NCBI GenBank assembly: GCA_910583675.1
Contig: CAJTYH010000010.1
Coordinates: forward strand, 526 to 64,525
Length of the DNA: 64,000 bases
Direction of reading: 5' to 3'
Source: an uncultured Muribaculaceae bacterium
GTDB taxonomy: Bacteria; Bacteroidota; Bacteroidia; Bacteroidales; Muribaculaceae
Shown here: positions 10,501 to 18,399 of the stretch, piece by piece
How the letters are laid out: every line of letters begins with the position of its first letter
Position numbering within the stretch: position 1 is the first letter of the stretch
Position numbers and translations under genes: made by a program
Notes under the pieces: model-generated
Database searches by the model: none
What the model was told of the DNA's origin: nothing
Seen by the model: only the letters and a program-made list of their open reading frames with translations

Positions 10501-10790
10501 GTAGAATTGAACGATATGAGAATCCGGGTGATGAATTGAAATTACCTTTGTTTTATGATATTTATATGCGAGCAGGTGCGATATATTGGGCGCAAGGAAT
10601 TTATAATTATATAGGAGATAAAGATTTAGGTTTTACAGACTATTCCTTAGGGAAGGGGAATTATTTGGGGTTGGATATCAATTATTTTACTTTTGACTTC
10701 AATGGCATAAGTACCAGTAACCTTTTTGGTGATGGTACAACAACAAATCAAAGTGATGCATGTTTGATCCGGTGTGTAGACCGCAGATAG
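7527..10790 (+). CDS. Putative pilus tip adhesin (DUF4906-like N-terminal pilin domains, variable C-terminal domain)
   Basis: Lipobox FSSC, IFAVAN, FYENIQG, FRFMLG..NFDVERNHHYKLTL, ends in LIRCVD. Confidence 0.75.
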   Translation: MTERYNHMIYRRISPWRLFIALFAVLLSASFSSCIDEIEYPDGEIPDGETTVMTEVRFTPLVEAELDGASSRSNGLEFGQGNTSAPTGDRMDAITSLHLLFYTTAGDLIPDLSFTVDLEQYKPVLEPRVDENASNGVSAQDATYCVKLPLTLPNGVYKIFAVANMPGLLTDSQYAEAIKTIGGLRSIKLSWVPNDISKNSEMLGYFTNEKQDTRGMNFENEGTVTVSPRNTTLHAWIRRAVSKLTIDFDGSNLRDNVFVYIKEARVYDIADGCYLGYYSCVGDPSKEADIQAKGGFGLAKSSHVLMYGSGEDADYEKWPVVTRGQNLDSYKGLDGKEVKFHDEKAYCLPFYENIQGNGDLKYQDGDGDGMVDHPTAGDHTGEGADRVWTHEKAKDSKPNGTYVEVIGHYESRNKDYASGGEIKFRFMLGKDVKRNFDVERNHHYKLTLSFKGNGNDADWHIEYDETPGIHLPSPLYISYLYNKSLTFPIRINTGGKKLKSVKIDIVRNNWAPYFEDGHDISEDLDYYKDADEKGGYGTKYPEYGFLSLLKTSQKTIEGVTVSGHYNQKHIDDGGLQVSRGSREYLVDAGEHGNEDLGKYVVRHDGNIVEMEIPLYTRAKNLVKESAYTGNNPYFGYPRLAEITVTATYTDDSKTIIPNIPVYQVRRLVNPKGIFRKAGNNTSFHVKLLEKEHEASTKFQELSSIGPWRAYVLTEDGDFINLDGKKEVSGTTSTAVDFNVNFVGSTDKDKNRFAIIQVEYHNLSCIHQIFVRQGDAPVQLFDEKTNGKNVYWHTYNMLLKNKEVTSPLDEGSMFKWTNWDQPIDASNNKNSKADWVKVTPEDFKPIGDLRLATTGNAVPWSTITSGSKSGGNFDDQKDSEGNVYSLPTFMEFIYLRNNTEQSFGVLYGDEAEGVSTTLTSAYGYQRDDKGNVNGSYGMRGSFAFVGDESSSHYGKHVFLPVGASGYGKRKNSGVHGWGVVKEPYAGQLRYAAGRIERYENPGDELKLPLFYDIYMRAGAIYWAQGIYNYIGDKDLGFTDYSLGKGNYLGLDINYFTFDFNGISTSNLFGDGTTTNQSDACLIRCVDRR

Positions 10791-10803
10791 GGGAAAGGAT
10801 AGA

Positions 10804-11739
10804 TTGAAAAGGTTCTTATTGATTATGATAACGGCGGCAGCGCTCGCGGGATGGTCTACGGAGGCCATGCCGCAGGGGCTGCCGCTCCCTGTTATACCGG
10901 AGGAACTGACGGAGCCGGCTGAAAGGGCTGATTACTTGCTGGCGCATTTCTGGGATGGATTCCGCTCGCGCGTCATTGAAGAGGGGGAACTGGCGGAGTT
11001 TCTTTCCGTGTTTCCGCATGCTACCGAGGAGGGGAAGAAACTGGGAGCCGGGAAACTGGTGGCGATAGTGGACGCACAGGGGGAGGAGAGCGTGTTGCGC
11101 ATGGAGGAGCTGATAGAAGGGTATCTGCTTGACTGGCGATCGCCGGTGCGCTGCGATGCCGCTTATCTGGCGTTCGCCGATGCGATGATGGAAGCCGGAT
11201 GGCCAGGCGGGGAAACCACAGCCTATCTCCGCGAGATGGTGATGCGCACACCGGTGGGAGCGATAGCGCCCGATTTCCGGTTCATAAGCGACGATGGGGA
11301 GGCGCTCTCGTTCAGGGAGACGGCTGCCGGGGTGAGGTGTGTGCTGCTGTTTCATGATCCTGACTGCGGGGAGTGCCGCGAGCTTATCGGGAAGATGAGG
11401 GAGGATGCCGCTCTCGCGGCATTGATTGCGGCGGGGAAGCTGCGGGTCGTGGCGGTGAGGATGCCCGGGGAGGAGGAAAACCGGGAGGGGACGATAGGGG
11501 GGATTCCGCTTACGCGTCATCATCTGCCGGGAGGGAGCGAGGTGCTGCCGGAGGGGTGGACAGGCGGGTGCGCGACCGAGGGATGGATAAGCGGGTGCGC
11601 GGTGGAGGATCTGGGGGAGAGCCTTTATGCCATTCCGGCGTTCCCCGCGCTTTATCTGGTTTCGCCCGAGGGAAGGGTGGAGCTTAAGGATGCTTCATGG
11701 GAGGAGGTGGCCTCTGTGATGACGCGTAAGCAGAATTGA
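10804..11739 (+). CDS. DUF5106-domain protein with thioredoxin-like C-terminus
   Basis: LPVIPEELTEPAERADYLLAHFWD, APDFRF, LFHDPDCGEC (CxxC); TTG start; common in Bacteroidales pilus loci. Confidence 0.8.
   Translation: MKRFLLIMITAAALAGWSTEAMPQGLPLPVIPEELTEPAERADYLLAHFWDGFRSRVIEEGELAEFLSVFPHATEEGKKLGAGKLVAIVDAQGEESVLRMEELIEGYLLDWRSPVRCDAAYLAFADAMMEAGWPGGETTAYLREMVMRTPVGAIAPDFRFISDDGEALSFRETAAGVRCVLLFHDPDCGECRELIGKMREDAALAALIAAGKLRVVAVRMPGEEENREGTIGGIPLTRHHLPGGSEVLPEGWTGGCATEGWISGCAVEDLGESLYAIPAFPALYLVSPEGRVELKDASWEEVASVMTRKQN
11503..11522 (+). repeat. REP-like repeat copy 1 (ATTCCGCTTACGCGTCATCA), inside DUF5106 CDS
   Basis: 19/20 identical to the reverse complement of 11717-11736. Confidence 0.75.
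11717..11736 (-). repeat. REP-like repeat copy 2, overlapping the DUF5106 3' end
   Basis: TGATGACGCGTAAGCAGAAT is an inverted copy of the repeat. Confidence 0.75.
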
Positions 11740-11741
11740 GC

Positions 11742-12698
11742 TTAGCGGAGGAGGGAGGGGGAGATGGTAGTTGTGCAGATCTCTGTGGCCATGGCATTGA
11801 GGGTGAGTGCTGCCGAGCGGGTCATGGTGAAGCGGCGGGTGTTGTCAGGCCATGGTGCCAGCAGGAGGAGGCGGCCTGAGGTGCACAGCTCGAATTCGGC
11901 ACCGGAGGGTTTGAAGCGCTCAGGGAAGCCTTCGGCTCTCAGTTCTATTATGCGGCCGCCGGAAGCTATGGCGGCGTTTCGCACATCCTTTTCAGCACTG
12001 CTTATGAAGGGAGAGACGAGAACTCCTCCCGAACGGGTGCATTCTTCCCATCGACGGCGGTTGGCCGCAAGTTCGTCAGCGCTCCAGGCACGGTGGATGA
12101 TCACTGGTTGGCGGTCGAAATCCTTTAACAGAAAGATGTTGCCGTAAGCGGCGTATTCGCGTGTGCCTATGCGCAGGTGGTTGTATCGGCGGAAAAGGTC
12201 GGGATACATCCGTTTGATGGCGAGTCGGCGCGGGTTGTCGGCTATGTAGTTGATGAGGGTTTGCAGCTGACCGGCTTTGTTGACTATGCGGTCATGGAAT
12301 TTCTGGGTGAAAAGCGGTGTGGTGGGAGCGCCTGTCTGTCGGGCGTAAGCGCTTGAGATATGCCCTTTGAAAGCTCCGATGATGCGTCCGAGATGGCGCG
12401 GCAGACGTTCGCGCACATGCACGAGCATGTGGATGTGGTCGGGCATTATGATAAAGGTTATTATCCGGATTTGCGGCGTGACTTGTGGGAAGTCACCGAT
12501 GGTGAGGTAGATCAGGTCGCCTAAAGGGGAGAGGGTTACCAAGGGTGTGCCGTCGCGGATGATCAGGCTTCCCAAAGGGGGAGTTCCGGCAGCGGCGGTG
12601 ATGGTGATCATGTAGAAGCCCGGAGCCTGATAGTCGCGGAAAAAGGCGCGTCGCGTCATGCGCGGCTTATGAGGCTTGAAATAAGGGGGCTGGGGCAT
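11742..12698 (-). mobile_element. RAYT-like HUH (Y1) transposase with C-terminal DprA/SLOG-like domain
   Basis: DY..PGFYMITI, IMPDHIHML (HUH), FHDRIV, NYIADNP (catalytic Tyr); C-terminal GGVLVSPFIS..EK..GGRII..GRLLLLAPW. Confidence 0.8.
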
Positions 12699-12765
12699 GG
12701 AGGGAAGTGAGAAATAAGAAATTGAGAAAAGGAAAAAGAAGAGAGGGAAAGGGAGATGGGAAGGG

Positions 12766-12865
12766 TTTCCGCTTTCGCGTCAACACATGAGGAGGGGCAA
12801 CAGTTGGGGAGGAGAGAGGTTTCCGCTTACGCGCCAGCGCACAGGTGCTGACGCGTAAGCGGAAA
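12766..12865. repeat. REP-like repeat copies 3-5; copies 4 and 5 form a 21-bp hairpin
   Basis: TTTCCGCTTTCGCGTCAACAC (12766-12786); TTTCCGCTTACGCGCCAGCGC (12820-12840) ACAG GTGCTGACGCGTAAGCGGAAA (12845-12865). Confidence 0.8.
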
Positions 12866-12930
12866 TATGCTGCTCTGAGCGGAAGAACTGCTCTTGGCAG
12901 GGAAATGGCTGCTCTTGGCAGAGGGGGATT

Positions 12931-14976
12931 TTACCAGATGATTACCTGCTCGGAAGCGGGGCGGTAGAGGGGGGCGCCCTCCTTGATGCCGAAGGCTTCG
13001 AAGAAGGGGACGATGTTGCGGAGGGTGACGTTTACGCGGTTCTCGGCAAGGGAGTGCACGTCGCCGATGGTGAGGTTGCGTTTCTCCTCGTCGCGCATGT
13101 TGGTAGCCCAGATGTTGGCATAGTTGAGGTAGAAGGCCTGATCGGGGGTGAAGCCGTCAATCAGGGCATCGCTTGAGGTCACGTCCACACCTTTGCGTTT
13201 CTGGGAATCAAGGAATGCGGTGCGGGCTATGCGGAGGCCGCCCTGGTCGGCGATGTTCTCCCCCATGGTGTAGGTGCCGTTGGCAAAGAGGCCGGGTAGG
13301 ATCTCCACTTCGTCGAACTGCTTGCCGAGCTTGGCGGTCAGTTCCTCGAAGCTCTTTGAGTCCTCTTCCGTCCACCAGTTGGTCATGTTACCCTTGGAGT
13401 CGAAATTGCGTCCCTGGTCGTCGAAGCCGTGTGTCATCTCGTGGCCGATCACTACTCCTATGCCGCCGTAGTTCTCCGCGTCGGATGCCTCAGGATCAAA
13501 GAATGGATTCTGGAGGATGGCCGCCGGGAACACGATCTCGTTGGCGAGCGGGTTGTAGTAGGCGTTGACGGTCTGAGGTGTCATTCCCCATTCCGACTTG
13601 TCTACCGGCTTGCCCCATTTTGCGAGCTGCTCGTCGTTGTGCCACATGGATGCGTTGTGCACGTTGGCATAATATGAAAGGGAAGGGTCTATCTTCATTG
13701 AAGAATAGTCCTTCCACTTGTCGGGGTATCCTATCTTCACCGTGAAGGAGTTGAGCTTCTCTATGGCCTTGAGTTTTGTCTCGTCGGTCATCCATGGGAG
13801 GTTGATGATGTGCTTTCCGAGAGCCACGCGGAGGTTGCCGACAAGGTCTAGCATCTTCTGCTTGGAGGTCTCGGGGAAGTATTTCTCCACATAGAGGCGG
13901 CCGATGGCCTCCCCCATGTAGCTGTCGGGCACTCCGAGAGCGCGTTTCCACAATGGGCGCTGCTCCTGCACCCCCGAGCGCACCTTGGAGAACTCGAAAT
14001 TGGTGTCAATGAACTTCTGGCTGAGGTAGGGAGCCGCCTGTGAGACATATTTCCAGAGGTAGTAGTCCTTGATCTCACGGTCGGTAAGCGATGAGATGAG
14101 GTTGTCGGCCTGTTGCAGCCCCTTTACGTCGGTGACGATGAAATCGGCGGGTGTGTCGATGTTCATGGTCTCCACGAAGAACCGATCCCATTTGATGTGC
14201 GGATACTGTTCCTTAAGCTCGGCAAGGGTGCGGGGATTGTACATGCGTGTGATGTCGCGGCTCTCCTCGCGGGTCATTGCGGAGTCGGCGATGGCCGTCT
14301 CGATTTTCATGACGTTCTTCATGATGCGCTGTGCGTCCTTTTTCTTGAAACCGGCATTGACCATCTGGTCGGTGATCAGTTTCTTGTAGGCGTTGCGGAT
14401 GCGCAGTGTCTCCTTGTCGTCCTTGAGGTAGTAGTCGCGGTCGCCAAGACCCATCGAACCTCCCGAGACATACATGGCGTAACGATTGGAGTCCATCATG
14501 TCTTCCATGGGGCCTGCTCCGAAGAACGGGCTGGAGTAGTATTTGTGCATCCAGAGCAGGAGATCTTCCATGCCTGCGGCATCGGTGGCTTCTATTTTCT
14601 TGAGGTCGTCGGCGATGGGAGCTATCCCCTCGGCATTGCGGCGATCCATGTCCATCCCCTGTGAATAGAGCGTCCAGATCTTGTATGCGTTCGTCCCGGG
14701 TTCGGGGTTGGTGGCACCGAGGTTGAGCACGATGTCCTTCACCTTGGCCTCGGCAGAGTCGGCAAGGATGTTGAACACGCCGTAGCGGGCATACTCGGCT
14801 GTGAGGGGATGCGCGTCCATCCACCCCTTGTTGACATGCATGTAGAAATCCTCACCGGCGGGTATCGAATTGTCTATGTAGGCCGGATTCACGCTTTTGA
14901 GGTGCTCGGCATTTGCAGCCGCCCCCGATGCGATGGCCAGGGCTGCGAAAGCCATGACAGGTTTGAAAATTTTCAT
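12931..14976 (-). CDS. pepO: M13 family metalloendopeptidase (PepO-like)
   Basis: VNAYY, HEMTH zinc motif, GENIAD, signal peptide. Confidence 0.92.
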   Translation of the reverse strand: MKIFKPVMAFAALAIASGAAANAEHLKSVNPAYIDNSIPAGEDFYMHVNKGWMDAHPLTAEYARYGVFNILADSAEAKVKDIVLNLGATNPEPGTNAYKIWTLYSQGMDMDRRNAEGIAPIADDLKKIEATDAAGMEDLLLWMHKYYSSPFFGAGPMEDMMDSNRYAMYVSGGSMGLGDRDYYLKDDKETLRIRNAYKKLITDQMVNAGFKKKDAQRIMKNVMKIETAIADSAMTREESRDITRMYNPRTLAELKEQYPHIKWDRFFVETMNIDTPADFIVTDVKGLQQADNLISSLTDREIKDYYLWKYVSQAAPYLSQKFIDTNFEFSKVRSGVQEQRPLWKRALGVPDSYMGEAIGRLYVEKYFPETSKQKMLDLVGNLRVALGKHIINLPWMTDETKLKAIEKLNSFTVKIGYPDKWKDYSSMKIDPSLSYYANVHNASMWHNDEQLAKWGKPVDKSEWGMTPQTVNAYYNPLANEIVFPAAILQNPFFDPEASDAENYGGIGVVIGHEMTHGFDDQGRNFDSKGNMTNWWTEEDSKSFEELTAKLGKQFDEVEILPGLFANGTYTMGENIADQGGLRIARTAFLDSQKRKGVDVTSSDALIDGFTPDQAFYLNYANIWATNMRDEEKRNLTIGDVHSLAENRVNVTLRNIVPFFEAFGIKEGAPLYRPASEQVIIW

Positions 14977-15032
14977 TATACAAGTAGATTTAGATTGTTG
15001 TCAATTCATTAGACGCATCCGGTGACGGAAAG

Positions 15033-16136
15033 TTACACGTTGAAGCGGAAATGCATTATGTCGCCGTCCTGCACGATGTATTCCTTGCCCTCTACTCCGA
15101 GCTTGCCGGCTTCCTTTACGCCGGTCTCCCCTCCGAGAGCCACATAGTCGTCGTATTTTATGACCTCCGCGCGGATGAAGCCCTTCTCGAAGTCGGTGTG
15201 TATTACGCCGGCACATTGCGGAGCCTTCGCACCGCGCATGAAAGTCCATGCACGCACCTCGTCGGCACCGGCAGTGAAGAATGTCTGGAGGTTGAGCAGG
15301 GCATATGCCGCACGGATCAATCGTGCCACCCCCGATTCCTCAAGGCCGATCTCGGCCAGGAATTCCTGGCGCTCCTCGTATGTGTCAAGCTCGGCGATGT
15401 CGGCCTCGGTCTGAGCGGCCACTATGAGCAGTTGGGCGTTCTCACCCTTGATGGCCTCGCGCACGGCATCCACATACTTGTTGCCGTTTACAGCCGAGCT
15501 GTCGTCAACGTTGCAGACGTAGAGCACCGGCTTGGATGTGAGCAGGAAGAGTTCGCGGGCGAATTTGCGTTCGTCGGGGGTGTCAAGCTCCACCGAACGT
15601 GCAGGTTTCCCCTGGTCAAGAGCCTCCTTGAAGCGGCAGAGCACGTCGTACTGCATCTTGGCGGTCTTGTCGCCGCCGGTCTGAGCCTGTTTCTGCGTGC
15701 GTGCGATGCGTCCTTCGATGGTTTCGAGATCCTTGAGCTGCAGTTCGTAGTCTATGATCTCCTTGTCGCGCACGGGATCGATCGAGCCGTCCACATGTGT
15801 GATGTTGTCGTTGTCGAAACAACGCAGCACGTGGATTATGGCATCGGTCTCGCGGATGTTTGCGAGGAACTTGTTGCCCAGTCCTTCACCTTTGGAAGCA
15901 CCTTTCACCAGGCCGGCTATATCCACTATCTCCACCGTTGCGGGTACCACACTGCGCGGCTGGCACATGTCCACGAGCTTGTTGAGACGTTCGTCTGGTA
16001 CGGTGATCACCCCCACGTTGGGTTCGATGGTGCAGAACGGAAAGTTTGCAGACTGCGCTTTTGCGTTGGAGAGACAGTTAAAAAGAGTGGACTTGCCCAC
16101 ATTGGGTAGTCCCACGATTCCACATTGCAAGGACAT
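15033..16136 (-). CDS. ychF: Redox-regulated ATPase YchF
   Basis: GIVGLPNVGKST, NFPFCTIEPN, DIAGLVKGAS, ends FRFNV. Confidence 0.97.
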   Translation of the reverse strand: MSLQCGIVGLPNVGKSTLFNCLSNAKAQSANFPFCTIEPNVGVITVPDERLNKLVDMCQPRSVVPATVEIVDIAGLVKGASKGEGLGNKFLANIRETDAIIHVLRCFDNDNITHVDGSIDPVRDKEIIDYELQLKDLETIEGRIARTQKQAQTGGDKTAKMQYDVLCRFKEALDQGKPARSVELDTPDERKFARELFLLTSKPVLYVCNVDDSSAVNGNKYVDAVREAIKGENAQLLIVAAQTEADIAELDTYEERQEFLAEIGLEESGVARLIRAAYALLNLQTFFTAGADEVRAWTFMRGAKAPQCAGVIHTDFEKGFIRAEVIKYDDYVALGGETGVKEAGKLGVEGKEYIVQDGDIMHFRFNV

Positions 16137-16199
16137 ATTTCGTTGTATTAATGATCGATTGAGAAATGTATGCAAAGTTACAAAAAAAATCACAAACAA

Positions 16200-16240
16200 G
16201 GGGTGTCTCCTCCCCGAGGGAAGAGACACCCCATACAAAA
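16200..16240 (-). terminator. Terminator downstream of ald
   Basis: GGGGTGTCTC...GAGACACCCC stem. Confidence 0.65.
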
Positions 16241-16252
16241 GCAAGGTGTTTG

Positions 16253-17371
16253 TTAATCAGTAGTATAGAGTTCCAACTTATGGAGGGGGAGATCCCATGC
16301 CTCGGCCACGGCGGGGAAGACCACCTTGCCGTCGACGACATTTACTCCCTGCTCGAGCGCCTTGTCCTCTGCACATGCGCGTCGCCATCCCTTGTCGGCA
16401 AGCTGTATTGCATATGGCAATGTGGCGTTTGTTAGCGCGAGGGTGGAAGTGTAGGGCACCGCACCCGGTATATTGGCCACGGCGTAATGCACTATTCCGT
16501 CGACGGTGTATGTCGGGTCGGAATGCGTGGTCGGCACTGAGGTCTCGAAGCAACCACCCTGATCAATGGCCACATCCACCAGCAGCGAGCCGGGGCGCAT
16601 CAATTTGAGCATGTCTCTCGTGACAAGGTGTGGTGCCTTTGCGCCCGGTATCAACACCGATCCTATGACGAGATCGGTCGTGGGGAGTTCTGCCTCAATG
16701 TTGTGGCGCGAGGAAAAGAGGGTCTTTACGTTGCGCGGCATCGTCTCTGCCACGTGGCGCAATGTGGGTAGTGATATGTCGGTGATCGTGACATCGGCTC
16801 CAAGGCCTGCGGCCATGAGGGCGGCATTGCGCCCCACAACCCCTGCACCGAGGATGAGTACCTTTGCGGGCTTCACTCCGGGAACACCGCCAAGGAGCAC
16901 TCCGCGTCCCCCTTGTGGCTTTTCGAGGAACCGGCATCCCTCCTGCACCGACATGCGGCCAGCAACCTCGCTCATGGGTACAAGAAGAGGGAGCGAGCCG
17001 TTGGGGAGGCGCACGGTCTCATATGCGATGCATGTGGCTCCCGATTCGATCATGGCTTCGGTAAGCGCGCGCTCGGATGCGAAGTGGAAATATGTGAAAA
17101 GCAATTGCCCCTTGCGGATGAGCTTGTATTCAGGCTCTATAGGTTCTTTTACTTTTATTATCATCTCCGCGATTGCATACACCTCCTCTATGGTCGGGAG
17201 GATCGCCGCACCCGCGGCGGTGTATTCCTCATCGGAGAATCCGGTGCCAAGGCCGGCTGTGGACTGCACATACACTTTGTGGCCGTGTGCCACAAGTTCA
17301 CGGGCGCCGGCGGGAGTAAGTGCCACTCGGTTCTCGTTGTTCTTGATCTCTTTTGGTACTCCAATGATCAT
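16253..17371 (-). CDS. ald: Alanine dehydrogenase
   Basis: MIIGVPKEIKNNENRV, FTYFH, PMSEVAGR, DVAIDQGGC. Confidence 0.96.
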   Translation of the reverse strand: MIIGVPKEIKNNENRVALTPAGARELVAHGHKVYVQSTAGLGTGFSDEEYTAAGAAILPTIEEVYAIAEMIIKVKEPIEPEYKLIRKGQLLFTYFHFASERALTEAMIESGATCIAYETVRLPNGSLPLLVPMSEVAGRMSVQEGCRFLEKPQGGRGVLLGGVPGVKPAKVLILGAGVVGRNAALMAAGLGADVTITDISLPTLRHVAETMPRNVKTLFSSRHNIEAELPTTDLVIGSVLIPGAKAPHLVTRDMLKLMRPGSLLVDVAIDQGGCFETSVPTTHSDPTYTVDGIVHYAVANIPGAVPYTSTLALTNATLPYAIQLADKGWRRACAEDKALEQGVNVVDGKVVFPAVAEAWDLPLHKLELYTTD

Positions 17372-17514
17372 GGCAAGTAGTTTTTAGGTTGGTTCTTGGT
17401 CGACAGGCTGATTGACTGAGATTCGACGGCGGCAAATCTAATTAAATTCCATAAAAACCACACATAAAACCGGTATGTTTTTCAACAGTGTTTTTTAGTA
17501 TAATTTGCCTGTAG

Positions 17515-18399
17515 TCAGCGCGGAAGGGTGGGCAAAGCCTTGATGCGATCCATCGGTATGCCCAGACTTGCGGCCTTTGCGGCATCGGCATCGCGGTCGG
17601 CGTCGCGGAAACGGAGGTGGTTGAGGTATGCCCTACAGAAGTACAGCTCGGCATCCTTGTCGTCAATCACGAGGCCGCGTGCTATGTCGTCGGCTGCCGC
17701 GAAAAGGTCTCCGCAGACCATATGGCACATGGCACGCGCGGAGTAGTAGACCACATCCTCCTTGGCCTTGATAAGTTCGGTATAAAGCGGTATGGCGTCA
17801 GCCGCGCGGTCCGTGTTGGAGTAGATCAGGGCAAGCATCAGTGCGCCGTGCGGATCCTTGGGGCATAGCTTCCGAAATTTCCTGATGTCGGTTTCCGCGT
17901 CGGCGTACCTGTTCATATGCATGAACAGCACGGCGCGGTCGCGGTATGCGTCGGCATACGTGGAGTCCATCTCCATGATCTTTCCGTAGTCGCGCATGGC
18001 ATCGTCCGTACGCCCGAGGGAGCCGAGCACGGTGGCGCGGTTCTTGAGGATGACTACTGATGCCGGTGCCATGGCTCGCGCCTCGGTGAGGGTGTGCAGG
18101 GCGAGGGAGTCCTCTCCCGCGTAGTGCTGGATCATCCCTACGTTGGAGAGGAGCATCACATTCTGGGGGTTGGCGGGCTCTGTGCGCATGGCCTCCCGGA
18201 GGCAGGAGATGGCGCGTTCCCAGTTGCTCTGGGCCACGGCCTCGTCTGCCCACTGCACGAGCTGGAGATATTGGGTGGAACCTCCGGCGGAGCCGTCGGC
18301 ACGCAGGGAAAGGGGGAGCAGGAGGGCGAGGAGGGGGAGAAGGGAGGGAAGAAGAGCGGCGATGAGAGAGTGGGAGAGCCGTATGCGTGTCAGATCCAT
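17515..18399 (-). CDS. Exported tetratricopeptide-repeat protein
   Basis: Leu-rich signal peptide from MDLTRIR, several TPR-like helical repeats; start overlaps the MATE stop. Confidence 0.75.
   Translation of the reverse strand: MDLTRIRLSHSLIAALLPSLLPLLALLLPLSLRADGSAGGSTQYLQLVQWADEAVAQSNWERAISCLREAMRTEPANPQNVMLLSNVGMIQHYAGEDSLALHTLTEARAMAPASVVILKNRATVLGSLGRTDDAMRDYGKIMEMDSTYADAYRDRAVLFMHMNRYADAETDIRKFRKLCPKDPHGALMLALIYSNTDRAADAIPLYTELIKAKEDVVYYSARAMCHMVCGDLFAAADDIARGLVIDDKDAELYFCRAYLNHLRFRDADRDADAAKAASLGIPMDRIKALPTLPR

Noticed and set aside
10650..10790. DGR variable region at the adhesin C-terminus (ends ..LIRCVD, like C-type-lectin-fold DGR targets)
   Set aside because: I found no template-repeat copy and no reverse transcriptase in the window. 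A remote DGR cannot be excluded.
11742..12698. IS200/IS605 element with TnpB/IscB
   Set aside because: No RuvC-type ORF adjacent; the motifs and flanking repeats fit a RAYT-like gene better.
12766..12921. CRISPR array
   Set aside because: Repeats are in mixed orientation with irregular spacing, and no cas genes are present.
18300..18380. Extreme purine/G-rich tract
   Set aside because: Explained by CTC/CTT/CCC codons of the Leu-rich signal peptide on the minus strand.
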